NCBI GenBank assembly: GCA_964383665.1
Contig: CAYLHO010000001.1
Location: 166,921-230,920 of the forward strand
Length of the DNA: 64,000 bases
From: an uncultured Lachnospiraceae bacterium
GTDB lineage: Bacteria > Bacillota > Clostridia > Christensenellales > UBA1242
Reading direction: 5' to 3'
Position 1 is the first letter of the stretch; each line of letters starts with the position of its first letter. The notes beneath the pieces are model-generated. The model saw only the letters and a program-made list of their open reading frames with translations. It made no database searches and was not told the origin of the DNA. The translations under genes were made by a program, and so were the position numbers. Of the stretch, positions 33,563 to 42,920 are shown one piece after another.

Positions 33563-34789
33563 TTACGCTGCTGCAATCATCCAATCAATGTAAACTCCAT
33601 AGCCTTTTGTTGGGTCGGAAACAAAAACATGGGTAACTGCGCCAATAAGCTTGTCGTTTTGCATGATTGGGCTTCCGCTCATTCCTTGGATAATTCCGCC
33701 AGTAAGCTCTAAAAGTCGTTTATCAACAACGCGGAAAACAAAGCTTTTGTCGCTTTCGGAGGGTTGATAATTTGCTTTTATAATTTCAATTTCATATTCT
33801 TCGCTTACGCCTGAAACGTTGCTTATAATTTTCGCCTTTCCTGGCTTAACGGTAAGCCGGCTTGCAACATCGGCTGTTTTGTTTGCATCAACAATTTTGG
33901 TTTTGTCGCTTATTTGTCCGAAAACGCCAAATTGACAGTTTTTTTCAATTGTTCCCTTGCAGTTTTTTCCCTGCATGAAAATCCCTTTAATTTCGCCGGG
34001 TTCGCCTTTTTCGCCTTTGTTAACGCCAACAATGCTGCAAGGAAAAAGTTTGCCGCTTTTTGCCGGGACAATTGCCCCCGTTTCATAATCGGTTATTGCG
34101 TGGCCAAGAGCACCAAATTTAAGCGTATCGCAGTCAACAAATGTAAGAGTTCCAACGCCTGCTGCGTCGTTTCGAACCCAAAGCCCAATTTTGTATGTTC
34201 CGCTTTCTTTATCGAGCGCTGGAGTTAAGTTTAAATTGATGGTTTCGCCTTTTCTGATGATTTCAAGTTTAAGTTCTTCTCCGTCATACTCGTTTCCAAC
34301 TATGGATTCAAGTTCCTTAAGATTTGTAACTTTTTTTCCGTTGATCGACGTGATTATGTCGCCAACTTTAAGTTTTGAATTCTCAAAAGGGTCAATATTT
34401 CCGTTTTCGGTTGAAATGCAGTTGCTTCCAAGAACAACAAGGCCATCAACATCAATTGTAAGTCCAACAGGAACACCTCCCAAATAAACTTCTTTTGTTT
34501 CAACAAGGTTTGCTTCAATTGATTTGATTGGAATGAATCCAAAAAGTTTAAAAACAAGTTTTTTAATGCTAAATTTTTCTCCGCCAACGTTAACACTTTC
34601 TTCGCCCAAACTTGCGGAAATTCCCTTTCCAAAGGGTTTTTCGTTGTTAATATTTTCGATGTCCTCAAAGGTTAACGGAAGGCTTTCAGGAAGGTTATGT
34701 ATGTCGATAAATTGAACGCTGAAGCATAAAATTAAAATTGAAAGCGAAACAACCCCAACAAAAACAAATAAACTTATTCTCTTTCTCAT
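33563..34789 (-). CDS. spoIVB: SpoIVB peptidase (S55)
   Basis: Start is the ATG at 34789, behind GGGGGAAG. Features are an N-terminal TM, a PDZ domain (GDIITSINGKKV) and the S55 motifs GVGTLTF, GALGHAITD and GMSGSPI. It lies downstream of recN, as in Bacillus. Confidence 0.87.
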   Translation of the reverse strand: MRKRISLFVFVGVVSLSILILCFSVQFIDIHNLPESLPLTFEDIENINNEKPFGKGISASLGEESVNVGGEKFSIKKLVFKLFGFIPIKSIEANLVETKEVYLGGVPVGLTIDVDGLVVLGSNCISTENGNIDPFENSKLKVGDIITSINGKKVTNLKELESIVGNEYDGEELKLEIIRKGETINLNLTPALDKESGTYKIGLWVRNDAAGVGTLTFVDCDTLKFGALGHAITDYETGAIVPAKSGKLFPCSIVGVNKGEKGEPGEIKGIFMQGKNCKGTIEKNCQFGVFGQISDKTKIVDANKTADVASRLTVKPGKAKIISNVSGVSEEYEIEIIKANYQPSESDKSFVFRVVDKRLLELTGGIIQGMSGSPIMQNDKLIGAVTHVFVSDPTKGYGVYIDWMIAAA

Positions 34790-34887
34790 TCTTCCCCCGC
34801 GCTTAAAATTGCATGATTCCGTTTTAGTTTGCGCGAGAAAAGCAATGTTATTCCATACCAATAAAAAAAGCCCATATAGAGGACTTT

Positions 34888-36585
34888 TTATATTTTCATT
34901 TTAAATTTTCTGTTGTTTTCAAGGGTTTCTTTTGTAATTTCAAGCTTCTTTTCGTCAACGCTTCCATAAGTTAAAAGCGCAATTTGATAAGTAATTTCGT
35001 CGCTAGAAAGATTTTTAATTGACGTTTGGGTTCTTTCGCCGTCGCTTGACTTTGAAACGAAGAAATAGGAATCGCCCATGGACGCAACTTGCGGCAAATG
35101 GGAAATGCAAAGAACTTGATAGCTCCTTGAAAGTTTGGCAATTTTTTCGGCAACTTGTGTTGCAACTTTTCCGCTTATTCCCGAATCAATTTCATCAAAA
35201 ATTAAAGTTGCAGGGCCGTTTATGTTTGCAATTATTGTTTTGAAAGCAAGCATAAAGCGGTTCATCTCGCCCCCAGAAATTGTTTTTGCAAGAGGTTTAA
35301 GTTCCTCGCCAAAATTTGCGCTGAACAAAAATTCAACATCTTCAAGGCAGTTCATGGAATATGTTTCAATTTCGTAAAGTGAGTTTGCAAGAGGGAAAAA
35401 GTTAACTTTGAATTGCGCTTTCAAAATTCCAAGTTCGGCAAGCGCCGCCGTAAGTTTTTGTTCAATTTCGTTTGCGTGAGCGCGGCGAATTTGCCCCAAC
35501 TCGTTAAATTTTAAAGTTGCTTTTTCAATAAGATTTTTCTTCTCGCTGTTAAGCGAACTTAAAATCTCTTTCGAGTTCTTAAGCATTTCAAGCTCGGACG
35601 ATGCATGTTCATAAAACTTGTTAATTTCGTTAAGGCTTCCGCCATATTTTCGTTTAAGCGAATCAATAACGTCGCGTCGTTCAATCATTTGATTAAGTTC
35701 GTTTTCGTTGAAATCGTATTCGCTTGAAAGCGAAAAAACTTCTTCTCCAAGCTCCTCAAGATTGATTATATTTTCATCAAGTTTTTGGGCAAGGTCACAA
35801 AGTTTATCGTCATATTTTTCAACGCAGCGAAGCGAATTTAAGCATTTTTTAAGAATTTCAAGCGCTCCGTTTTCTTCAATAAGCATGCTTGAGGAAGTTG
35901 AAATTGATTCCATAATCTTTTCCGAATTTGAAAGTTTCTTAAGTTTTTCTTCCAAAATTATGTCTTCATTTTCAACAAGGTTTGCATTCTCAATTTCGTT
36001 AACTTGGAAAGAGAGAAGGTCAATTTGGCGTTCGCGGCTTGCTTCGTCTCCGCCAAGTTTTTTAATTTTTGACGAAATTTCGTTAAGAGAAACAAGCATA
36101 TTTTCAATTTCATTTTTAACTTTTTCTTCGTCTTTTGGCTTGTATAAATCGAGAATTTCAAGGTGATTCTTTTGTTTTAAAAGCGAAATACTTTCGTTTT
36201 GGCCGTAGGAATCAACAAGAGCTTCGCCAACCTGTTTAAGCATTGAAACAGTTACAATTTCGCCGTTGATTCGTGATTCACCTTTTCCATTTTGGGAGAA
36301 TGATCTTGAAAGAAGAACCTCGTTTGATTGTTCAATCCCAAAACTTTCAAGAACAGAATTAACATGAGTTGAAATGTTTGAGAATAAGGCAGAAACAACC
36401 ATTGTTTCCTCGCCTGCGCGAATTAAAGTTTTATCGGCTTTGCTTCCAAGCGCAAAGTTGAGAGAATCGATTATTATGCTTTTTCCAGCGCCAGTTTCAC
36501 CAAGAATAACATTAAAACCGCTGTGAAAATCAATTTCAAGCGATTTAATTAATGCAACATTTTTGATTTTAAGTTTCTCAAGCAT
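34888..36585 (-). CDS. recN: DNA repair protein RecN
   Basis: Walker A GETGAGKS, long coiled coil, signature SGGE and Walker B LIFDEIDSG. Confidence 0.93.
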   Translation of the reverse strand: MLEKLKIKNVALIKSLEIDFHSGFNVILGETGAGKSIIIDSLNFALGSKADKTLIRAGEETMVVSALFSNISTHVNSVLESFGIEQSNEVLLSRSFSQNGKGESRINGEIVTVSMLKQVGEALVDSYGQNESISLLKQKNHLEILDLYKPKDEEKVKNEIENMLVSLNEISSKIKKLGGDEASRERQIDLLSFQVNEIENANLVENEDIILEEKLKKLSNSEKIMESISTSSSMLIEENGALEILKKCLNSLRCVEKYDDKLCDLAQKLDENIINLEELGEEVFSLSSEYDFNENELNQMIERRDVIDSLKRKYGGSLNEINKFYEHASSELEMLKNSKEILSSLNSEKKNLIEKATLKFNELGQIRRAHANEIEQKLTAALAELGILKAQFKVNFFPLANSLYEIETYSMNCLEDVEFLFSANFGEELKPLAKTISGGEMNRFMLAFKTIIANINGPATLIFDEIDSGISGKVATQVAEKIAKLSRSYQVLCISHLPQVASMGDSYFFVSKSSDGERTQTSIKNLSSDEITYQIALLTYGSVDEKKLEITKETLENNRKFKMKI

Positions 36586-36608
36586 TTTCTTCTTTGGTCC
36601 TTTAATTT

Positions 36609-38246
36609 TTAAATATAATTATCTGGAAGATCGTTTTCAAAGAGGACAACGTCTCCTTTTTTTGCCCTTTCTTTCAGCATGATTCTTGCCTCAATCAAAG
36701 TTTGGGCAATAAGGATATTTTCCTCGTTAAACCCCTCCGAAACAAGCCCCTCGAAAATTGCGTCTTTGTTTGTTTTGTTAACAATTATAACGCAGTCGGC
36801 ATGCTTTGCAAGGTTCTTTCCAAAGTTAACGTTTTCCTCTTTCTCTTTTGAGCCAAGTTCAACAAGCCCTGGGGTTATAACAAACTTTTTCCCGCCCTCA
36901 AACAAATCTAAAACCTTAAGCGCACAAAGCGAGCCTTCAACATTTGAATTATAGGCGTCATCTAAAATTGAAATCCCGTTTTCTTTTTTAAGTTCAAGTC
37001 GGTGGTTAACTGGTTTAAGTTTTGAAATTCCAATTCGTATTTGTTCAAGCGAAAGCCCAAGATTATATGCAAGCGCTGCACTCATTAAAATGTTTTCAAG
37101 GTTGTGCTCGCCAAGCAGTTTTGTTTTGCATTCAACTTCGCCTCCGTCGATTATAAGAGTGAAAGCAATTCCACTGCTTGAAAATTTGACATTTTTGGCG
37201 GAAGCAAAAGCCAAATTGTTTTCGGTTGAGGTGAAGCACTTTTTGATTTTGCACTTCTCGAAAAGTTCCATGCATTTTTCGTTGTTTCCGTTAAAAACAG
37301 CAAAACCGTCTTCTGGGAGCGATTGGATTAATTCATTTTTGGTTTTTGAAATGTTTTCAAGAGTTTCAAAGGTTGCAAGATGTTGGCTTCCAACAGAAGT
37401 TAAAATTCCATATTGTGGTTTAACAATATCGCAAAGATATTTAATGTCGCCAACTTGTTTAGCCCCCATTTCAACAATTAAAACATCGTTGTTTGGCTTG
37501 AGATAGTCCAAAACAACTTTTGTTATTCCCATTGGTGTGTTGAAACTGTGTGGGGAAATGCAAACACTGTAATTTTGCGAAAGAATTGTGTTTAAAATAT
37601 ATTTCGTGCTTGTTTTTCCATAACTTCCTGTTATTCCAATTTTTATCAAATTTGGCATTTTTTTAAGCTTTCTTTTTGTCCATTTAACGTATCTTAAGCT
37701 GTTTAAATTTTCGAACGGAACAAGAATTCCATGGGCAATTGGAACGGTTATTGGAAGCAAAAGCGGCGTTATTGCAATGCTTGAAAAACGAACAAAAGGA
37801 ATGAATTCCGTTGTAACATAAATAAGGCAGAAAGTTATTCCAGCCATTAAAAGCCCAAGAACAATGCAAAGACGCGTCATGCGATATGTTTGAACAAGAG
37901 GCGTTTTTTGAGGAACATGATACATGTTAACTATGAAAACAATTGTGAAAGTGAAATAGAAAATCAAACCAAAATAGGCAAAATAACTTTGGTCGTTTAT
38001 GTATGAATCAAAAAGCGCAACCGTAACAAGCATTGCCGCAAGGCTCATAATTGAAAGAAGTGCAATTCTTGCAACATACTTTGCATGGGTGTCTTTAAGC
38101 CAAACCTTGTAGCCTTGAATTTTGTAACCGGAAAGTTGCAAAACATGCAAAAATTTGTATCCGCAAAAACAAAGCATAACTCCGTTAATAACTGAAAGCG
38201 CAATTGCAACATACAAATTTGGGTTTGAAGGATCGAAAAATGGCAT
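36609..38246 (-). CDS. MurF-like Mur ligase fused to an N-terminal ~190-aa polytopic membrane domain
   Basis: Residues 1-190 contain about 5-6 hydrophobic helices. These are followed by GITGSYGKTSTK (Mur ligase P-loop), VEMGA, NHRLE, DDAYNSN and TPGLVELG, which are typical of MurF. Confidence 0.7.
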   Translation of the reverse strand: MPFFDPSNPNLYVAIALSVINGVMLCFCGYKFLHVLQLSGYKIQGYKVWLKDTHAKYVARIALLSIMSLAAMLVTVALFDSYINDQSYFAYFGLIFYFTFTIVFIVNMYHVPQKTPLVQTYRMTRLCIVLGLLMAGITFCLIYVTTEFIPFVRFSSIAITPLLLPITVPIAHGILVPFENLNSLRYVKWTKRKLKKMPNLIKIGITGSYGKTSTKYILNTILSQNYSVCISPHSFNTPMGITKVVLDYLKPNNDVLIVEMGAKQVGDIKYLCDIVKPQYGILTSVGSQHLATFETLENISKTKNELIQSLPEDGFAVFNGNNEKCMELFEKCKIKKCFTSTENNLAFASAKNVKFSSSGIAFTLIIDGGEVECKTKLLGEHNLENILMSAALAYNLGLSLEQIRIGISKLKPVNHRLELKKENGISILDDAYNSNVEGSLCALKVLDLFEGGKKFVITPGLVELGSKEKEENVNFGKNLAKHADCVIIVNKTNKDAIFEGLVSEGFNEENILIAQTLIEARIMLKERAKKGDVVLFENDLPDNYI

Positions 38247-38303
38247 ATTTATATTCCTTTTATATTGAGATTATATAACAAAAAGAGAAAAACACAAAAA
38301 AAT

Positions 38304-39053
38304 TTAAGTTGATAATTCCAAAAATGCTAAAATTATTGGCGCAACAAAATTTATGTGGGTTAAGAAAGCAAAATGCCCGGCTTCTTCAATTAGGAAAATC
38401 TTGCTTGAGGGAATTAATTTGCATAATTTCTTTGCCATGTATGGAGGCGTTTCCGCGTCGTTCTTGCCAAATATAATAAGGGTTTTCGCCTGAATTTTAG
38501 GGCAAAAAGGTGCAATGTCTTCTTTAATTATATTATTAAAGGTTTGCTTCATTGTTGGAGAAAGGATTTTGTAGTCGGCTGAGCCCATTTTGCTCGCTTT
38601 CGGGCTTCCAATTCTTTTTAAAAATTTGTAATTAACAACTTTCGCCCTTGTTTTTAACGAAAATTTTGGTTTAATTCCCGCGCTTGAAAGCAAAACAAGG
38701 AAATTTGATTGAAATTTATTGCTTGAAAGACCTTTAATTGCAACCCTCCCGCCAAAAGAATGGGCAAAAATTGCGGAAGCGAAGCAATCTTTGTCAATTA
38801 AGTCCGAAACTTCCTTAATAATTTTGGCGGTTAAGTCAACATAGTCGTCAAGATTCCACGGAATTTTTGGTTCAGCTGATTCCCCAAACGGAGGGAAATC
38901 AATTAACAAACAGGTTTTTCCTTTTCCAACCAAATTGGCAAGGGGTATCATAAGTTTTGAACTTGCTCCCCAGCCGTGAAGAAAAACAAACAATTCGTTT
39001 CCTTCGCCATAAATTTCATAGGTAACTTCTGTTCCCTTAAATTCAATTTTCAT
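38304..39053 (-). CDS. alpha/beta-fold hydrolase
   Basis: HGWG oxyanion motif, AHSFGG nucleophile elbow and a C-terminal GH. The start is uncertain: ATG 39053 is chosen because ATG 39083 lies inside a terminator hairpin. Neither ATG has a clear SD. Confidence 0.65.
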   Translation of the reverse strand: MKIEFKGTEVTYEIYGEGNELFVFLHGWGASSKLMIPLANLVGKGKTCLLIDFPPFGESAEPKIPWNLDDYVDLTAKIIKEVSDLIDKDCFASAIFAHSFGGRVAIKGLSSNKFQSNFLVLLSSAGIKPKFSLKTRAKVVNYKFLKRIGSPKASKMGSADYKILSPTMKQTFNNIIKEDIAPFCPKIQAKTLIIFGKNDAETPPYMAKKLCKLIPSSKIFLIEEAGHFAFLTHINFVAPIILAFLELST

Positions 39054-39161
39054 AAACAATTTTATGTATGAAAAAAAGCACATTAATGTGCTTTTTCAAT
39101 TTTTATTTCAGTGCTCTAAAATACTATGCAAAACAAGATATAGTGCTATGCAAGTTGCATA

Positions 39162-40157
39162 CTACTCAATATTGAGGACTTGTTTGACTTTTTGTTCAAT
39201 TTCTGCTTCTTTCTCTGGATTGTTAATTAAGAAGGCTTTTGCGCTTTCTCGACCTTGCCCAATTTTGCTTCCGTCATAGGAATACCATGCGCCAGTTTTT
39301 TGAACAATGTCGTTTGCAACAGCTAGATCAATCAAATCGCCTTGCTTTGAAATTCCTTTTCCGAAAACGATTTCAAATTCGGCTGTTTTAAATGGAGGTG
39401 CAAGTTTGTTTTTAACAACTTTAACACGAGTTTTGCTTGCGATAACTTGGTTTGATGAATCCTTAAGCGATTCGATTTTCCTAACGTCAAGGCGAATGCT
39501 TGAATAGAATTTCAACGCCTTTCCTCCAGTTGTTGTTTCTGGGGTTGCGCCAAATCCCATTGTGTTAAGTTTTTCGCGAAGTTGGTTAATGAAAATTATG
39601 CATGTGTTGCTTTTGCTTGTTATTGCTGTTATTTTTCTTAACGCTTGGCTCATAAGTCTTGCTTGAAGCCCCATGTGGGAATCGCCCATTTCGCCGTTGA
39701 TTTCGGCTTTTGGGGTTAACGCAGCAACCGAGTCGATAACAATTATGTCAACTGCTCCGCTTTTAACAAGTGCTTCACAAATTTCAAGCGCTTGCTCGCC
39801 GTTGTCTGGTTGAGAAACGTAGAGTTCGGAAATGTTAACTCCAAGTTTTTCTGCATAACTTGGGTCGAGAGCGTGCTCGGCGTCGATGAATGCTGCTGTT
39901 CCGCCTTGTTTTTGGCATTCTGCCAAGATGTGGAGTGAAACGGTTGTTTTTCCCGATGATTCTGGACCGTAAATTTCAATTATTCTTCCTTTTGGAACAC
40001 CGCCAATTCCAAGCGCGATGTCAAGCGAAAGGCAACCAGTTGGAATAACGTCAACTTTTTGAATTGGAGCATCGCCAAGTTTCATGATCGCACCCTTTCC
40101 GAATTGCTTTTCAATTTGACTTATTGCCAAATCTAAATTTGTTTTGTTATCTGCCAT
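39162..40157 (-). CDS. recA: recombinase RecA
   Basis: [18 protein letters not shown] and [16 protein letters not shown]. Confidence 0.98.
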   Translation of the reverse strand: MADNKTNLDLAISQIEKQFGKGAIMKLGDAPIQKVDVIPTGCLSLDIALGIGGVPKGRIIEIYGPESSGKTTVSLHILAECQKQGGTAAFIDAEHALDPSYAEKLGVNISELYVSQPDNGEQALEICEALVKSGAVDIIVIDSVAALTPKAEINGEMGDSHMGLQARLMSQALRKITAITSKSNTCIIFINQLREKLNTMGFGATPETTTGGKALKFYSSIRLDVRKIESLKDSSNQVIASKTRVKVVKNKLAPPFKTAEFEIVFGKGISKQGDLIDLAVANDIVQKTGAWYSYDGSKIGQGRESAKAFLINNPEKEAEIEQKVKQVLNIE

Positions 40158-40202
40158 ATGTTTTCTCCTAAATTTTTCTTGATTTTATTATAACTCATTT
40201 TG

Positions 40203-40907
40203 TTAAAAATCGAAATCATTTTTTCGTAATTTTTTTATTAAATAGAAAAGTGCTGCGTTTGATGCAGTTTCAATAACTTCTTCGCGAGAACCAGAAAATT
40301 TGTTTTTGTAAACGTCAATTCGATTTCTGTTTCCAATTGCAATGTAAACAAGCCCTGCTGTTTCGCTTTGTTTAACGCTTGTTGCATAGCCTGTTGTTGC
40401 AATTGCAATTGATGCCGGAGAGGTTTCTAAAAGCCCTTTTGCCATGTCGTAGGTTGTTTGAACGCTAACGCTTGTTTGAGAATCGAGCGTTTCCTTTGAA
40501 ACGCCAAGGCGATTCATTTTTGCCTCGTTTGCATATGTAACAGCCCCCTCAACAATAACGCTGCTTGCCCCAAGATTTTTCTTAATAAGGCTTGAAACAA
40601 TTTGCCCGCCCGTTATACTTTCGGCGGTTGCAAGCGTTAATTTATGGAGTTTAAGAAGCTCAAAAACCGTTTCTTCAAGAGAAATGTCGGTTTCGGCATA
40701 AACATATTGCCCAAGTTTTTCAAAAATTAATTGAGTCCAATCGAAAAATGAAAAATTTGTGTCGGCAGCGTTTAGTTTAATTGTTGTTAAAAGGTTTTCG
40801 CCTTCAATTTCACATTCAACTCCGTCTTGTCTTTCAAAAAGTGAAGAAAGAAGCGATTTAACATCGCTTCTTGAAATTCCAAAACATTTGAAGATTCCTT
40901 CTTTCAT
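40203..40907 (-). CDS. CinA-family protein with only the C-terminal PncC (NMN deamidase-like) domain
   Basis: TLATAESITGG motif and cinA-recA synteny. The N-terminal ~85 aa are not the usual MoCF-binding domain. Confidence 0.72.
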   Translation of the reverse strand: MKEGIFKCFGISRSDVKSLLSSLFERQDGVECEIEGENLLTTIKLNAADTNFSFFDWTQLIFEKLGQYVYAETDISLEETVFELLKLHKLTLATAESITGGQIVSSLIKKNLGASSVIVEGAVTYANEAKMNRLGVSKETLDSQTSVSVQTTYDMAKGLLETSPASIAIATTGYATSVKQSETAGLVYIAIGNRNRIDVYKNKFSGSREEVIETASNAALFYLIKKLRKNDFDF

Positions 40908-40909
40908 TT

Positions 40910-41533
40910 TTATTTTTGTTCTTCCTCTTTTTCAGTTTTTTCTTCTTTTTTGTCCTTTAAAACTGCTCTGTTTTTAATTAAGTAGTTCATTCCAGAAATA
41001 ATTGTTAAAATCGTTGCAAGACCAAGCAAAACCCAGTTAATAATTTCGAAAACAAAAAGTCCTGTTCCTGTTAATGTTGCGCTTGAATAAAAGAAAGAAA
41101 GTAAGAAAAGCGCAGGAAGAGAAATGTCTTGAACAATTGTTTTAATTTTTCCATACCAATCGGCTGCCATAACGAAATTTTTTGTTGCAGCAACTTGACG
41201 GAACGCGCTTATCATAAGCTCGCGGCCAAGAATTATTATTGCAGCAATAACACCATATGGCGCTGGAACTGTTCCGTCGCAAACAACAAGCAAAAGCGCG
41301 GACATTGTTAAAAGTTTGTCGGCAATTGGGTCGAGAAACTTTCCAAGATTTGTAACTAAATTTCTTTTTCTTGCAATTTGACCATCAAGCATGTCGGTTA
41401 ATGCAGCAACGATGAAAATTACAAGTGCAACAATTTTTCCCCAAGAACCAGGAATAAACGATGCAAGATAGAAAAAAATCATGAATGGGATTAAGATTAT
41501 TCTAACTAAACTAATTTTATTTGGTAAATTCAT
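40910..41533 (-). CDS. pgsA: CDP-diacylglycerol--glycerol-3-phosphate 3-phosphatidyltransferase
   Basis: CDP-alcohol phosphatidyltransferase motif DMLDGQIARKRNLVTNLGKFLDPIADK. Confidence 0.9.
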   Translation of the reverse strand: MNLPNKISLVRIILIPFMIFFYLASFIPGSWGKIVALVIFIVAALTDMLDGQIARKRNLVTNLGKFLDPIADKLLTMSALLLVVCDGTVPAPYGVIAAIIILGRELMISAFRQVAATKNFVMAADWYGKIKTIVQDISLPALFLLSFFYSSATLTGTGLFVFEIINWVLLGLATILTIISGMNYLIKNRAVLKDKKEEKTEKEEEQK

Positions 41534-41600
41534 ATAAACTCCTCTTTACAAACTTAATATATCATTTTTTATGATAATTTCAAAGCATTTTATAACTATC

Positions 41601-42920
41601 TTAAGCAAGTTCGGCAATGAAATAGTAATTTTCAAAGGATATGTATTTAACCGAGTAGAACTTGCCAATTTCAATGTTTTGCGAACACGGAATTTTAACG
41701 CAAAAATCAACGTTAGGGCTCATTTTTTGGCTTCTTGCCTCAAAATAGCCTGTTTCCTCATCGAATGAATCAACAACAACTTCTTCAACTTTTCCAATTT
41801 GTGATAAGTTTTTTTGGAATGCGATTTCCGCTTGAATTTTTTGAACCTTTTTAAGCCTTCGTTGTTTGATAAATTCAGGAACTTGATGTTTCATGTAAAA
41901 TGCTTTTGTGTTTTCCTCGCGGGAATATGCAAAAAATCCAACATTATCGAGTTGCGCTTCCTTAAGAAAGGAGCAAAGATTTTTAAATTGTTTTCTTGTT
42001 TCGCCTGGGAAACCAACAATAAATGTTGAGCGGATTGAAATTTCGGAAGGTAAATTGTTAATTTTTTCAATGAGATTTCGAATTTCGCCCTCGCGGCTTC
42101 GGCGATTCATTGCAACAAGAATTTCGTCGTCGATATGTTGAAGTGGAATGTCAACATATTTGCAAATTTTTGGCGATGATGAAATAAGTTCAAGAAGTTC
42201 GTCGGAAACAAGTTCAGGATATAAATAGTGAAGACGAATCCACTTTAAATCTTTAATTTTAACAAGTTCTTTTAAAAGCTCAACAATTTTTGGTTTTCCA
42301 TAAAGATCTGTTCCATATCGAGTTACATCTTGGGCAACAACAATAAGTTCCTTTGCTCCGATTGAAACAAGTTGCTTTGCGCGCGAAACAACCTCTTCAA
42401 TTGGGCTTGAAACATAGCGCCCTCTTATTCGTGGAATTGTGCAATAGGCGCAACAGTTGTTGCAACCGTCGGAAATTTTTAAATATGCAAAATGTTTTGG
42501 CGGAATTAAATATTGCTTTTTTTCGTGGTTGAATTTAACTTTTTCGCCATATAATTCAGCAATTATTTCAACAATTTTATTGTTATCTTTAACTTCAACA
42601 AAGCGGTCAACTTCGGGCAAATATTTCTCAAGTTCTTCCTTAAATCTTTGGCAAAGACACCCTGTTACGATAATTTTTTCAACTTGCCCCGCTTTTTTTA
42701 GGGCTGCCATTTCCAAGATGTTTTCAATCGACTCTTTTCGCGCCGGCAAAATGAAAGCACAAGTGTTAATAATAACAATTTGAGCGTGTTGGGAATTTGA
42801 AAAAGTAAATCCAAAAGAGGAAAGATTATGCATCATTTCCTCAAGGTCAACTCTGTTTTTGTCGCATCCCAAACTTATGAATGCAATTTTCTTTTGTTTT
42901 AAATCCATGTTATTCAACAT
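41601..42920 (-). CDS. rimO: ribosomal protein S12 methylthiotransferase RimO (MiaB-family radical SAM)
   Basis: IAFISLGCDKNRVDLE N-terminal cluster, radical SAM CNNCCAYC and a TRAM C-terminus. rimO-pgsA-cinA-recA synteny. The start is either 42920 or 42908. Confidence 0.8.
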   Translation of the reverse strand: MLNNMDLKQKKIAFISLGCDKNRVDLEEMMHNLSSFGFTFSNSQHAQIVIINTCAFILPARKESIENILEMAALKKAGQVEKIIVTGCLCQRFKEELEKYLPEVDRFVEVKDNNKIVEIIAELYGEKVKFNHEKKQYLIPPKHFAYLKISDGCNNCCAYCTIPRIRGRYVSSPIEEVVSRAKQLVSIGAKELIVVAQDVTRYGTDLYGKPKIVELLKELVKIKDLKWIRLHYLYPELVSDELLELISSSPKICKYVDIPLQHIDDEILVAMNRRSREGEIRNLIEKINNLPSEISIRSTFIVGFPGETRKQFKNLCSFLKEAQLDNVGFFAYSREENTKAFYMKHQVPEFIKQRRLKKVQKIQAEIAFQKNLSQIGKVEEVVVDSFDEETGYFEARSQKMSPNVDFCVKIPCSQNIEIGKFYSVKYISFENYYFIAELA

